From Thermoproteota archaeon (GTDB lineage: Archaea > Korarchaeota > Korarchaeia > Korarchaeales > Korarchaeaceae), in assembly GCA_027491415.1 (NCBI GenBank), contig JAOZFH010000044.1, forward strand, positions 1 to 24,532: a DNA stretch of 24,532 nt. Direction: 5' to 3'. A program made the position numbers and the translations under genes. The notes below the pieces were generated by a model. That model was not told the DNA's origin. It was given only the letters and a program-made list of their open reading frames with translations, and searched no databases. Each line of letters starts with the position of its first letter. Position 1 is the first letter of the stretch. Shown in pieces: positions 1 through 8,330 of the stretch.

Positions 1-200
1 GCACCGACATAACCCTTTTTCCTCCCACATAGTTGTTGGGGCGCGCTGGTTTCGGGGCGCCCCCCACCCGGCCCCCCACGAAGGGATCGGAAGGGATTGA
101 ATCGAGTTCGACTGCCCCCAGCCTGGAGTAGTGGTAATGACTTTCCTGTAAAGAGCTTGAAGAAGAAGCTCGATGCTGACTTAACTCGCCTCTTGTGTGG

Positions 201-214
201 CGAAGTTTTTATTT
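201..214 (+). promoter_or_regulatory. BRE/TATA promoter of the pilin gene (probably leaderless)
   Basis: CGAAG-TTTTTATTT lies about 27-35 nt upstream of GTG 241, the usual archaeal spacing. Confidence 0.6.
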
Positions 215-240
215 GAGCGACGGAGCTTGATTTTCACCGG

Positions 241-708
241 GTGGAACCCTTGAGGGCAGGCATATCAAGGGTGGCTGTAGAGGTCATACTGCTCGTGCTA
301 GCGGTGGCCCTAGCTCTGCTGATATTCTCCCCCGTCGGGAGCTTCATCTTTAGCGCCTTGGGCAGGACCCAGCTCGTCGGCGGCACCACGACCCTTGAGA
401 TAATCAGCGTGGACACAGCTAACTCTCAGATATATATCAAGAACCAAGGGCCCAACACGCTTACCAACGCGCTGGGTGCGAGTGCTACCGGGTGGACCGT
501 CACCTTCAAGACCAAGTCTGGTGAAACTACTCTCTCAGCTAGCGCTGCTGAGTCTTCTGGAAATGGCGATAGCAACTTTGATCCAGGGGAAACGGCAGTG
601 TTGACGATCTCTTCGGGCTGGCCATCTGACGCAACCCAGACGGACACCTTCACCGTGATCGTCTACGGTCCGGAAGGCACTAGGGCGGAGTACATATACA
701 GGCCCTAA
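241..708 (+). CDS. Archaeal type IV pilin, putative major pilin with class III signal peptide
   Basis: MEPLRAG|ISRVAVEVILLVLAVALALLIF has a basic residue plus Gly followed by a hydrophobic helix. The beta-rich domain has YIKNQG and FDPGET motifs typical of archaeal pilins/archaellins. It has its own promoter and terminator and lies upstream of the ATPase and platform genes. Confidence 0.85.
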   Translation: MEPLRAGISRVAVEVILLVLAVALALLIFSPVGSFIFSALGRTQLVGGTTTLEIISVDTANSQIYIKNQGPNTLTNALGASATGWTVTFKTKSGETTLSASAAESSGNGDSNFDPGETAVLTISSGWPSDATQTDTFTVIVYGPEGTRAEYIYRP

Positions 709-730
709 GGGCTGAGACCCCTGGTCAGGC

Positions 731-758
731 CTTTTGGTTTTTTATTTTTTCTTCTTCT
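731..758 (+). terminator. Oligo-T archaeal terminator after the pilin gene
   Basis: CTTTTGGTTTTTTATTTTTTCTTCTTCT begins about 23 nt after TAA 708. Confidence 0.7.
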
Positions 759-948
759 ATTGACCCCTTGTCTGATCAGAACTTCTACCTGCACTGGTCA
801 GGCAGCTCCAAAGATTGGTGATCAGGTTCTAGTCGAGTGCTGAAAGGCTGTTCGTGGCGCCGCTCTCCTTCGCTCACCGGCCCTTCTATCAGCCTAACGA
901 TTCATGTTATAACTACGCGACGCTCTTATTGGTTGAGGTCGATCGGCC

Positions 949-1440
949 GTGGAAGCTTCGATAGAGGCTGCCGTTGGTATCCTCCTTGGCCTCGTGATAA
1001 TCCTAGTTGCCTATACGTTGTTCTTTCCAATGATAGAGGAAAGGCAGAGGGAGGCCAACTTCGTCCAAGCTAGGAATATTGCCCTGGAGCTTCACGACGC
1101 GATAGAGAGTGTTGCGTCGGCTGGAAGGGGGGCCAAGACCACGATTAGGTTTGAGGTGCCCACAGAGGTAGTGGTGATGGCTGGCCGCGGTGCGGGGGTG
1201 AATAAGAGCATCTGGGTCATTCTCAAGAACCCACCTGAATTCTCTGGATCCGTTATCTTGGCTACCGGAGCCGTTTCTGTGGTTAATCAGACCGTCGAGG
1301 GATCGCAACTGGTTTTCAAGGTGGAGGCGGTGGGGGGTTGGAACCTCACACTCTCCGGCGCCGTACCGTCTGGCACGGACATCCCGCTGGTCGTCGAGAA
1401 TGCCGGAAGCAAGACGATTAGGGTGGTGGTAGGGGGGTGA
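949..1440 (+). CDS. Minor pilin-like protein
   Basis: N-terminal EASIEA resembles the pilin QxSxE motif and is followed by a TM helix, an amphipathic helix (ARNIALELHDAIESVASAG) and a beta domain. SD GAGGT at 935-939; TATA-like TTATAA near 907-912. Confidence 0.75.
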   Translation: MEASIEAAVGILLGLVIILVAYTLFFPMIEERQREANFVQARNIALELHDAIESVASAGRGAKTTIRFEVPTEVVVMAGRGAGVNKSIWVILKNPPEFSGSVILATGAVSVVNQTVEGSQLVFKVEAVGGWNLTLSGAVPSGTDIPLVVENAGSKTIRVVVGG

Positions 1441-1444
1441 GCGG

Positions 1445-1960
1445 TTGAGGAAGGCGCTTGTGTTCCTGGCATCGATGGTTCCGGTCCTCATGTTTGGTGG
1501 CTACGCCATCAACATCCTCAGGAGCCACTATGCCTCCAGTCCTCAGGCTCTGGAAACCGCGCTTGAGCTAGCCACGGTCCAACTATTTGAGAACCCCGGG
1601 GACTGGAACTCCACCCCACCATCCGTTGGGCTGGCTTTGGAGGAGAGGGGATCAAACTTCACAACTATATGGCCCTACGTCGTTGACCCACAAAAGCTAG
1701 GGAACCTCTCGCAGATGAGCTACGAGGATCTAAGGAGGTCCGTCGTCGCATCGGGGATCGATATCAGGCTGGCATTCTTCGAGTACAACGCGACAGCTGG
1801 CAGATTCGAGGATGAGCCAATTCTAACCATTGGTACTCCGGTGCTTAGGGAGAGCGTTTTGACCTCAACGCTGGTGATATACCTCGCCGGAGACGTCTCG
1901 TTGGGGACCACAAACTTGCCCGAAGGCCTCTACAAGGTGACAATAACTGTATCGGGGTGA
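1445..1960 (+). CDS. Minor pilin-like protein
   Basis: MRKA|LVFL is a possible class III signal followed by a hydrophobic helix. NPGDW..VGLA and VVDPQKL..L..MSYEDLR resemble motifs of archaeal pilus-locus proteins. Several N-x-S/T sequons; SD GGGGGTGA. Confidence 0.75.
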   Translation: MRKALVFLASMVPVLMFGGYAINILRSHYASSPQALETALELATVQLFENPGDWNSTPPSVGLALEERGSNFTTIWPYVVDPQKLGNLSQMSYEDLRRSVVASGIDIRLAFFEYNATAGRFEDEPILTIGTPVLRESVLTSTLVIYLAGDVSLGTTNLPEGLYKVTITVSG

Positions 1961-1964
1961 TGAC

Positions 1965-3236
1965 ATGGATGTGGAACCTCTAGAGGCCGTCCTCGGCATC
2001 GTTCTGATAGGCATGGCCCTTACGAGCGTTCTAGCGCTCAGGCCGAGAGTTCACCTAAGCTCGGAGCTGTACAGGAGGCAGGTGGCCAGAAGCCTGGCCT
2101 CGGTGGTGGCCTACTACTACGTGCACGAGTTCGCCTACGGGCCGCTCAACGGCACCCAGCTCAACGCGACGCTCTACAATTGGTCCCGCGCCGTGGCCGA
2201 CGACACAGGCCTGCGCCTTGTGGTCCAGCTGGGGATAAGTAACGGAACTGAAATGGCGGGATCTTACTACGTGATTAACCAGACTCTAATTGGAGACGTG
2301 ACCGTCGTCGAGAAGCCGGCCCCAGTCTACCTGCCCCCCAACGGTACGATCAGGGGATACGTAGTTCCGGCGAGGGACGTTTATAGATACGGCACAGAGG
2401 ACCTGAAAATGGATGAGATAAGGGCCTTTGCCGCGTTTGTCTACCTACCAAGCGGAGTGTCCGTCGAGAACAGAACGGTAGACGTTGAGGTAGATCTCCC
2501 CTTTAGGGACTGCGGCAGCTGCGTCGGCGAGGAGAACTGTACTAGTCAGACAGTAAACTGCATCCTAGAACCTGACAATCCGTTCTGCGACCTGTGTGAC
2601 TGCGTACTCTGCACCGTGGAGATCAACAGTTGCACTATCTGCTCCGGATGTCCACCAGATCATACGCTTTCAGGGACCGCTGAGGAAGAGAACCTGACTT
2701 ATCAATTCTCCTCAAAGCTAGATCCCATCGAGCACTGTTATCAAGATATCGAATATTGCTGCAATTATTTGTTCGGCTCACCCAGCTGTGGTAATACTAC
2801 TGGCTCAACTTGCGTCACTTCACCATATAAAAGTTCTGAAGACGACACAATCTTGATTAAATTTGTCTACGACCCCGGCGCCGGGGGGCTCAATATCTTG
2901 GCCGAGGTCGCGGCCCCCGTCAGGGAGAAACAGACGGTGCCGAACAGACCCTGGTTGGATATCGACAAGCACCTGGCGTTCGTTGGAGAGTCCATCGAGA
3001 TCACCTACGGTTCCGTGGGGGACCTGGAGGTCAGATCCGCAATAACGGGGAAGGTCCTGTTCCGACTCAACGGGGTGGGCTCGGTCACTTGGGAACTCAC
3101 CGATCCCCTCTTGGTGTCCCCCGGTCCCTGGATCATCCACATGTCCCACATGGACGACGAGTACAACTCAGCGAACTTAGTGTTAATAGCACCGTACGTA
3201 CTCTTCGTGAAGGTCTACGCCGCAGGGGGTGTGTAG
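1965..3236 (+). CDS. Large pilin-like/adhesin protein with Cys-rich insert
   Basis: N-terminal hydrophobic helix (PLEAVLGIVLIGMALTSVLAL), 10 N-x-S/T sequons, 16 Cys in codons 2511-2813; tightly packed in the pilus operon. Confidence 0.75.
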   Translation: MDVEPLEAVLGIVLIGMALTSVLALRPRVHLSSELYRRQVARSLASVVAYYYVHEFAYGPLNGTQLNATLYNWSRAVADDTGLRLVVQLGISNGTEMAGSYYVINQTLIGDVTVVEKPAPVYLPPNGTIRGYVVPARDVYRYGTEDLKMDEIRAFAAFVYLPSGVSVENRTVDVEVDLPFRDCGSCVGEENCTSQTVNCILEPDNPFCDLCDCVLCTVEINSCTICSGCPPDHTLSGTAEEENLTYQFSSKLDPIEHCYQDIEYCCNYLFGSPSCGNTTGSTCVTSPYKSSEDDTILIKFVYDPGAGGLNILAEVAAPVREKQTVPNRPWLDIDKHLAFVGESIEITYGSVGDLEVRSAITGKVLFRLNGVGSVTWELTDPLLVSPGPWIIHMSHMDDEYNSANLVLIAPYVLFVKVYAAGGV

Positions 3237-3701
3237 TTGGAGCAGGCGGTGACGTGGGGGGCCATTATCCTGGTGGCACTCATAATCTCAGCGTACATCG
3301 TGGCGATAAGGCCGGCGGTCGTCTCATACAAGCTGGAGCGAGAGGCCAGGGATCTTGCGACTACCCTAGCCACCGAGATCACGTTCGTGGCCAGGGCCTA
3401 TGAGTCCGGCGTGCTGTCCCAGGTAGCCGTGGTGGAGGCGCCCGAATCACCGAACAAGTACTATGAGGTGCACGTGGACGAGAACAGGTCTGTTGTGGAG
3501 GTCTGGGTGGTGGCAGAGACCCTGACGGGCGAGATCAGGGTAAAGGCGGAGGCCCCGTTCTACTCCTCGATAAACGTCACATCGCCGCCCAAGCTGTACA
3601 GCGGCAAGATATTCATCGTCCTGACCTACGACGAGGGAACCGACTCGTACCTGATCAAGGTGGCCAATATCGTCGCGCAGCTTCCCACGGCGGGAGGGTG
3701 A
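3237..3701 (+). CDS. Minor pilin-like protein
   Basis: N-terminal TM helix, amphipathic helix (LEREARDLATTLATEI) and beta-rich C-terminus; TTG start abuts the previous stop codon. Confidence 0.7.
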   Translation: MEQAVTWGAIILVALIISAYIVAIRPAVVSYKLEREARDLATTLATEITFVARAYESGVLSQVAVVEAPESPNKYYEVHVDENRSVVEVWVVAETLTGEIRVKAEAPFYSSINVTSPPKLYSGKIFIVLTYDEGTDSYLIKVANIVAQLPTAGG

Positions 3702-3767
3702 CCGCCGCGCGGGGGATTGAAAAAAGGTAAAGGTAAAGGGAACTCTCCGTCAGGCTGAGGGATTCCC

Positions 3768-5204
3768 GTGCTTGGTCGTGGCAAGAAGAAGGAGGATCCC
3801 CTGAAGTTCGTCGACACGTGGGATGAGCACTACTCTCTCCTAGACGGACTCGGAGACCTCCTGGAGATAGAAGAGGGCCTGACCTGGCGGGGAGTTATAG
3901 AGGACAAGTACGTGGTCATTGAGCCACCGGAGCCGCCTAAGGAGCTTCTTGAGGAGGCCAAGGAGTTCGTGCTGTCGAGGATAACCCTAGAGGAGATGGA
4001 GAAACTAGAGGACCTCTACAAGGAGGCAGCCGCGAGGGTCCTGAAGATCAAGCTGAAGAAGGGAAAGCCGCCCGACGAGAGGGCCCAGAGGGCGCTCAAG
4101 GCCTTCACCTACTACCTGAGGAGGGACATCCAAGGGCTCGGGAAGCTCGACCCGATACTGAAGGATGAGGAGGTAGAGGATCTGACGCTGCCGGCCAGAG
4201 GGTCCAGGAAGATCTACGTGTTCCTATCAGGCCGGCCTAGCTGGCTAGAAAGCAACGTCGAGATGTCAGAGGAGGAGGCTAGGTTTGTCGTCCTCAAGCT
4301 GGCGGAGATGGTCGGAAGGCAAGTCTCCCTGGCTAGGCCGAGGCTGGAGGGAAGGCTCCCCGACGGAAGTAGGGTGCACGCCCTCTTCGGACCTGCGGCA
4401 AGCGAGGGAGGGACAACCTTCACTATTAGGAAGTTTGTAAGAAGGCCGGGAATAGAGGAGCTGATCATCTACGGCACTATCACGGTGGAGGCAGCGGCGT
4501 ACCTCTGGATGGTCGCGGAGCACGGGATGTCGGGTTTCATAGTCGGCGAGACAGGGAGCGGGAAGACCACATTCCTGAACGCCCTGCTCTCCCTGCTGCC
4601 AAAGGACAGGCACATCGTCACCGTGGAGGACACGCCGGAGATATACCTTCCCGAGCACGGGAACTGGACCTCGCTCATCGGGCAGCCCCCTGGGGTCTCG
4701 GCGGCCGGCCTGACGATAGCCGACCTCATGAGAGACGTTCTCAGGATGCGACCCGACTACGTGGTTGTCGGAGAGAGCAGGGGCGCGGAGACAAGGCTCC
4801 TCGTCCAGTTCATCCACCTGGGCCACACGGCGCTGACCACCTTCCACTCGGACACCCTCGAGGGCGTGCTCGCCAGGCTGACGAGCGATCCAATCAACCT
4901 CCCAGAGGAGAGGGTGGCAGACTTCAGGGTGGCCGTACTCCTAAGGAGGGAGGGCAAAAAGAGGAGAGTCGTGAGGATAGCCGAGATCCTCTACGAGAAC
5001 GGCGAGCTGAGGTTGAACGACGTGTTCACCCTGAAGTACGACGAGCTGGTGGGTGACCCGCTGAGGAACAGCGTGCTCTTCAGAGAGATAGCGAAGAAGG
5101 AGGGACGCCCGCTCAACGACGTGATAGACGAGTACCTGAGAAGGGTCGATGAGCTGGCGGCGAGGGTCGCCAAGTTCAGGGCGAAGATGGCCCTGGCCAG
5201 GTGA
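3768..5204 (+). CDS. Type IV pilus assembly ATPase (VirB11/ArlI/PilB family)
   Basis: Walker A GETGSGKT, Asp box VEDTPE, Walker B RMRPDYVVVGE, His box GHTALTTFHS, and a GRLPDGSRV motif. Confidence 0.95.
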   Translation: MLGRGKKKEDPLKFVDTWDEHYSLLDGLGDLLEIEEGLTWRGVIEDKYVVIEPPEPPKELLEEAKEFVLSRITLEEMEKLEDLYKEAAARVLKIKLKKGKPPDERAQRALKAFTYYLRRDIQGLGKLDPILKDEEVEDLTLPARGSRKIYVFLSGRPSWLESNVEMSEEEARFVVLKLAEMVGRQVSLARPRLEGRLPDGSRVHALFGPAASEGGTTFTIRKFVRRPGIEELIIYGTITVEAAAYLWMVAEHGMSGFIVGETGSGKTTFLNALLSLLPKDRHIVTVEDTPEIYLPEHGNWTSLIGQPPGVSAAGLTIADLMRDVLRMRPDYVVVGESRGAETRLLVQFIHLGHTALTTFHSDTLEGVLARLTSDPINLPEERVADFRVAVLLRREGKKRRVVRIAEILYENGELRLNDVFTLKYDELVGDPLRNSVLFREIAKKEGRPLNDVIDEYLRRVDELAARVAKFRAKMALAR

Positions 5205-5210
5205 TGGCCT

Positions 5211-6773
5211 TTGATCTCCAACGAGATGCTGGTAAAGGCTGGAATGTATGACGTCAGACCGGAGGACTTCAGGAAGCGGCTTATCCTAACAGCTACAGTA
5301 TCTGCGATCCTCTCCGCGGTTGCCGCTTACTTCGGGGTGCTCAAGAACCCCTACTACGCTATTCCCCTTGCGCTAATTCCGCCGGTCATCTACCTGATCA
5401 CCCCTTTTCTAGGGATCCTGAGCCTGGCCAGCAGCATTGAGGAGGACTTCTGGGCCTACCTGGCCTCCCTCTGGATACTCCAGAGGGTTGGGAGGGCGCT
5501 GAGCGACTGCTTCAGGGTCGCGGCCAACATAGCCCCGCGGAAGGAAGCCGCCGAGTACTTCAAGAGGGTGGCGAGCAGGATAGCCGCGGCAGGCTCCCTA
5601 GCGGGGCTCGAGATAAACAGGAGGCTCTCTCCAAGCCAGGCCTGGTCGCGGGTCTACGCGAGGCTCCACGACTACCTGGCCACGAGGGGAGAGGCGGTAA
5701 GCGAGATGCTGAAGGTCGAGCTGGAGGACTCAATCAACAGGACCCTGATAGCGCTCAGGGAGAGGACCGAGAGACTGATGATGGTACTGATCATCTACAC
5801 GCTCACCGCCACCATATTCCCCTTCGTCATGATCATGATCTTCTCCTTCCAGGCGCTGGCCCAGGAGGGGGCCGTCAGCTCGGGCCCGCTGGTGGCCACG
5901 ATAGCGACCACGGTAGTTCCCTCCCCGATATTCGTCTTCCTCTTCAAGGTGTTCAGCACCAGGCTCTTCTACTTCAAGCAAGACACCGTTATCCACGCGT
6001 GGGCCAGATCGCTCGGCGTGACCGCCATCGTGTTCTCGGCAATGACCTACCTAGAGGGAAAGGGGATGAGCCCCCTCCCAGTGGAACTCGGCACCACGAG
6101 GATCGCCATGCTCGCCGTGGGAGTCGGTGGGATCATTGGCTGGCTCACCATAAGGAGGGAGGAGTGGGTCCTGAGGGGCCAGGCCTTCGACTTTCCAATG
6201 CTGCTCCAAGACATATTCGCAGAACTCAGGGGCGGCAGACCCTTCTCAGAAGCCGTTCTGTCAGCTAAAGCACCATACAAGCCGCTCAAGGAGCTGGTAT
6301 CCAAGATGAAGGCCTGGGCGAAGCTCAGGCTCCCGTACATGGTCATCCTGGAGAGCGTCGCGAGGGAGGTCAGGTACAGCGTCTCTCGCCTGATCAGCCT
6401 CCTGATCATCAACGCGCTCAACGCGGGCGCGGACCTGGAGGAGACCTTTGAGACCATCTCCGAGTTCACCGGTCGCATCAGGGAGCTTTGGATGGACACC
6501 GAGGGTCAGAAGATGGCGAACTATCTGACGGCACTGCTGGCGTTCTTCCTGGTGGTGGGATCGTACGTGCTGATGTTCCGGATACTGAACGTGGAGGCTA
6601 TCTCTAAGGTGGCTTCCGAAACCGTCCGGAGCGCCATCCTGTTCCAGGCCTTCGCACAAACTACGGTTATAGCCCTGAGCCTCGGCACGGTGAGGACGGG
6701 GCACTTCACCTCGGGGCTGAGAGAGTTGGGCTTCATGTCCCTGGTGACTCTGGCCGTCATGATGTTCATCTAG
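5211..6773 (+). CDS. Pilus membrane platform protein (TadC/ArlJ, T2SS-F family)
   Basis: Multiple TM helices with two helical cytoplasmic domains, directly after the ATPase; SD AGGTGA 6 nt before TTG. Confidence 0.88.
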   Translation: MISNEMLVKAGMYDVRPEDFRKRLILTATVSAILSAVAAYFGVLKNPYYAIPLALIPPVIYLITPFLGILSLASSIEEDFWAYLASLWILQRVGRALSDCFRVAANIAPRKEAAEYFKRVASRIAAAGSLAGLEINRRLSPSQAWSRVYARLHDYLATRGEAVSEMLKVELEDSINRTLIALRERTERLMMVLIIYTLTATIFPFVMIMIFSFQALAQEGAVSSGPLVATIATTVVPSPIFVFLFKVFSTRLFYFKQDTVIHAWARSLGVTAIVFSAMTYLEGKGMSPLPVELGTTRIAMLAVGVGGIIGWLTIRREEWVLRGQAFDFPMLLQDIFAELRGGRPFSEAVLSAKAPYKPLKELVSKMKAWAKLRLPYMVILESVAREVRYSVSRLISLLIINALNAGADLEETFETISEFTGRIRELWMDTEGQKMANYLTALLAFFLVVGSYVLMFRILNVEAISKVASETVRSAILFQAFAQTTVIALSLGTVRTGHFTSGLRELGFMSLVTLAVMMFI

Positions 6774-6917
6774 CTGGAGACCGCTCATCTGGGAGAAGGG
6801 CCTTGCTCACGGAATCGCCGACCCCTTCTACGTGTCCCGCCCCATGCTCGAAAGTTTTAAGCAGAGTTGGCGTTGGGCGAAGAAGCGTTATATTCTCCGC
6901 CCATCTCCCGTACCCCC

Positions 6918-7442
6918 GTGAAGAGGAGGATCGTCATATCCGGGCCCAGGGTTCACGGGGTGGGGTACCGCGCGCTGGTGTTCGACCTCGCCCTCCGGCA
7001 GGGCCTAGACAAGCTCCTCGTCTACAACGCGGAGTCCGAGGGGGTCCAGCAGGTCGTGATCCTCGTCGAGGGTGAGGAGGACCAGGTGGAGGGGTTCCTC
7101 AGATCCCTGGAGGAGAGGAGGCCAGCTGGCGCTGAGGTCGAGTCCATGTCGGTGGAGGAGTACGTGGGCGGCGTTCCCCCCATCGAGAGGACACTCCTGG
7201 CGTTTCAGGCCGAGCAGTGGGCCCTCGGAATACCGATCCTGCTGGAAGTAGCCGAGAACACGAGGCTGATCCCGGAGATAGCCGAGAACACGAGGCTGAT
7301 CCTTGGAAAGCTCGACAGGCTTGACGACATCGCCAGGGGTATCGAGGAGCTCGGCTCGAGGATGGAGGAGAGGGTGAGCAGGCTCGAGGAGGAGCTTCAC
7401 TCGTTGAAGGAGGAGCTTAGGCGCTCTGGAGTGATCTCCTAA
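6918..7442 (+). CDS. Acylphosphatase domain fused to C-terminal coiled coil/repeat
   Basis: RVHGVGYR (cf. VQGVGFR) and the downstream Asn (VYN) are present, with a heptad-rich C-terminus. Start moved from 6867 to GTG 6918 because TTATAT at 6888-6893 sits about 25-30 nt upstream. Confidence 0.85.
   Translation: MKRRIVISGPRVHGVGYRALVFDLALRQGLDKLLVYNAESEGVQQVVILVEGEEDQVEGFLRSLEERRPAGAEVESMSVEEYVGGVPPIERTLLAFQAEQWALGIPILLEVAENTRLIPEIAENTRLILGKLDRLDDIARGIEELGSRMEERVSRLEEELHSLKEELRRSGVIS
7249..7302 (+). repeat. Intragenic direct repeat, 24 nt identical, period 30 nt
   Basis: TAGCCGAGAACACGAGGCTGATCC at 7249-7272 and 7279-7302; encodes (V/I)AENTRLI twice. Confidence 0.95.
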
Positions 7443-7567
7443 AAACTTGGGGGCGTTGCTCTCGGGCATTTCGGCTCGGTAGGTCCGGCCGCCGCTCGCT
7501 CGGCCCCCTCCGTGGCCGCCCGGCGCCCCGCCCCACGCCTTCACCCCCACCCGCGGGCCGCTCTAGC

Positions 7568-8326
7568 CTAGAGGTCGGCCGGGATTCCCTGGACCCTCCG
7601 GAGCTGGGAGACCGTCCCCATCCTGACTACCCCGGCCTCTGAATCCGTGGCAATCACCTCAAACCGACCCAGGTCGAGCTGGGAGAGGATGGGGCTGAGG
7701 AGGCCACTCCTGGGGGCCGAGAGGATGTCCGTGCCAGGCGCCAGGGGGGAGATCGCCGGGAGGACTAGGATCTTGACGTCGTCCAGGCCTCCCAGTAGGG
7801 CGCACTTGAACTTCCGCTTGACTCCGAGCTCGTCCCTGAGCCCTATGGCCGGGTGCTCGTGACCCATGATCACCGCCTCCGCCCTCTCGGGGAGGGCCTC
7901 CAGGGGCTTGTGCCCGTGAACAAGGTAGTATCGGCCCATCTCCACCCCGGGATCGTGGAAGGGAATGTCTTCCCTCCTCAATATTGGGATCAGGAAGTTG
8001 TCGTGGTTTCCGCGAACGACTTGAACGTCGACCGACCCCTTCAGGGACCTCATCAGGTCCAGGACCTCAACCCACTCCTGCCTGGTGGCCCCGCCGAACT
8101 CGTGCTTCACGTCGCCCAAGAGCACCAGGAGGTCCGGGTCGAACCTCTCCAGCGCTTCGAGTATGGCGAGCTTGATCCTGCCGTACTGACTACGGGGGAG
8201 GTGGATCCCGCTCTCCAAGAGAACCTCCTCGTACCCTATGTGCAGATCGGCCACCAGGAGCGCCCCCAAGTCGTGTAGGAAGGCCCCGTGGGGGAAGATC
8301 GTGACCTCTCCCACCCTGACGGACAA
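7568..8326 (-). CDS. Metallophosphoesterase (calcineurin-like, Lhr-associated MPE type)
   Basis: ADLHIG, GDVKH, RGNHD, HGH and GHEHP motifs. Start moved to TTG 8326, which follows SD GGGGGTGA at the end of lhr. Confidence 0.9.
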   Translation of the reverse strand: MSVRVGEVTIFPHGAFLHDLGALLVADLHIGYEEVLLESGIHLPRSQYGRIKLAILEALERFDPDLLVLLGDVKHEFGGATRQEWVEVLDLMRSLKGSVDVQVVRGNHDNFLIPILRREDIPFHDPGVEMGRYYLVHGHKPLEALPERAEAVIMGHEHPAIGLRDELGVKRKFKCALLGGLDDVKILVLPAISPLAPGTDILSAPRSGLLSPILSQLDLGRFEVIATDSEAGVVRMGTVSQLRRVQGIPADL

Positions 8327-8330
8327 TGGC

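Noticed and set aside
1-63. Possible start of a minus-strand gene at the window edge and a GGGGCGC/GCGCCCC hairpin (38-63)
   Set aside because: At most about 10 codons are visible, so neither frame nor function can be supported.
121-190. Weak C/D-like pattern (ATGA...CTGA) and palindrome GAGCTT-N7-AAGCTC (153-171)
   Set aside because: No strong terminal stem, poor internal boxes and no recognisable target; the palindrome is short enough to occur by chance.
837-1073. 78-aa ORF overlapping the first minor pilin
   Set aside because: Crosses the promoter region and overlaps a better-supported gene; atypical composition.
2511-2813. Multiheme cytochrome or canonical ferredoxin
   Set aside because: No CxxCH and no complete CxxCxxCxxxCP motif.
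241-6773. Archaellum (motility) operon
   Set aside because: No ArlH/F/G-like or chemotaxis genes are recognisable; the layout fits an adhesive type IV pilus.
7249-7302. CRISPR mini-array
   Set aside because: Only two copies with a 6-nt gap, in frame inside a CDS; no cas genes.
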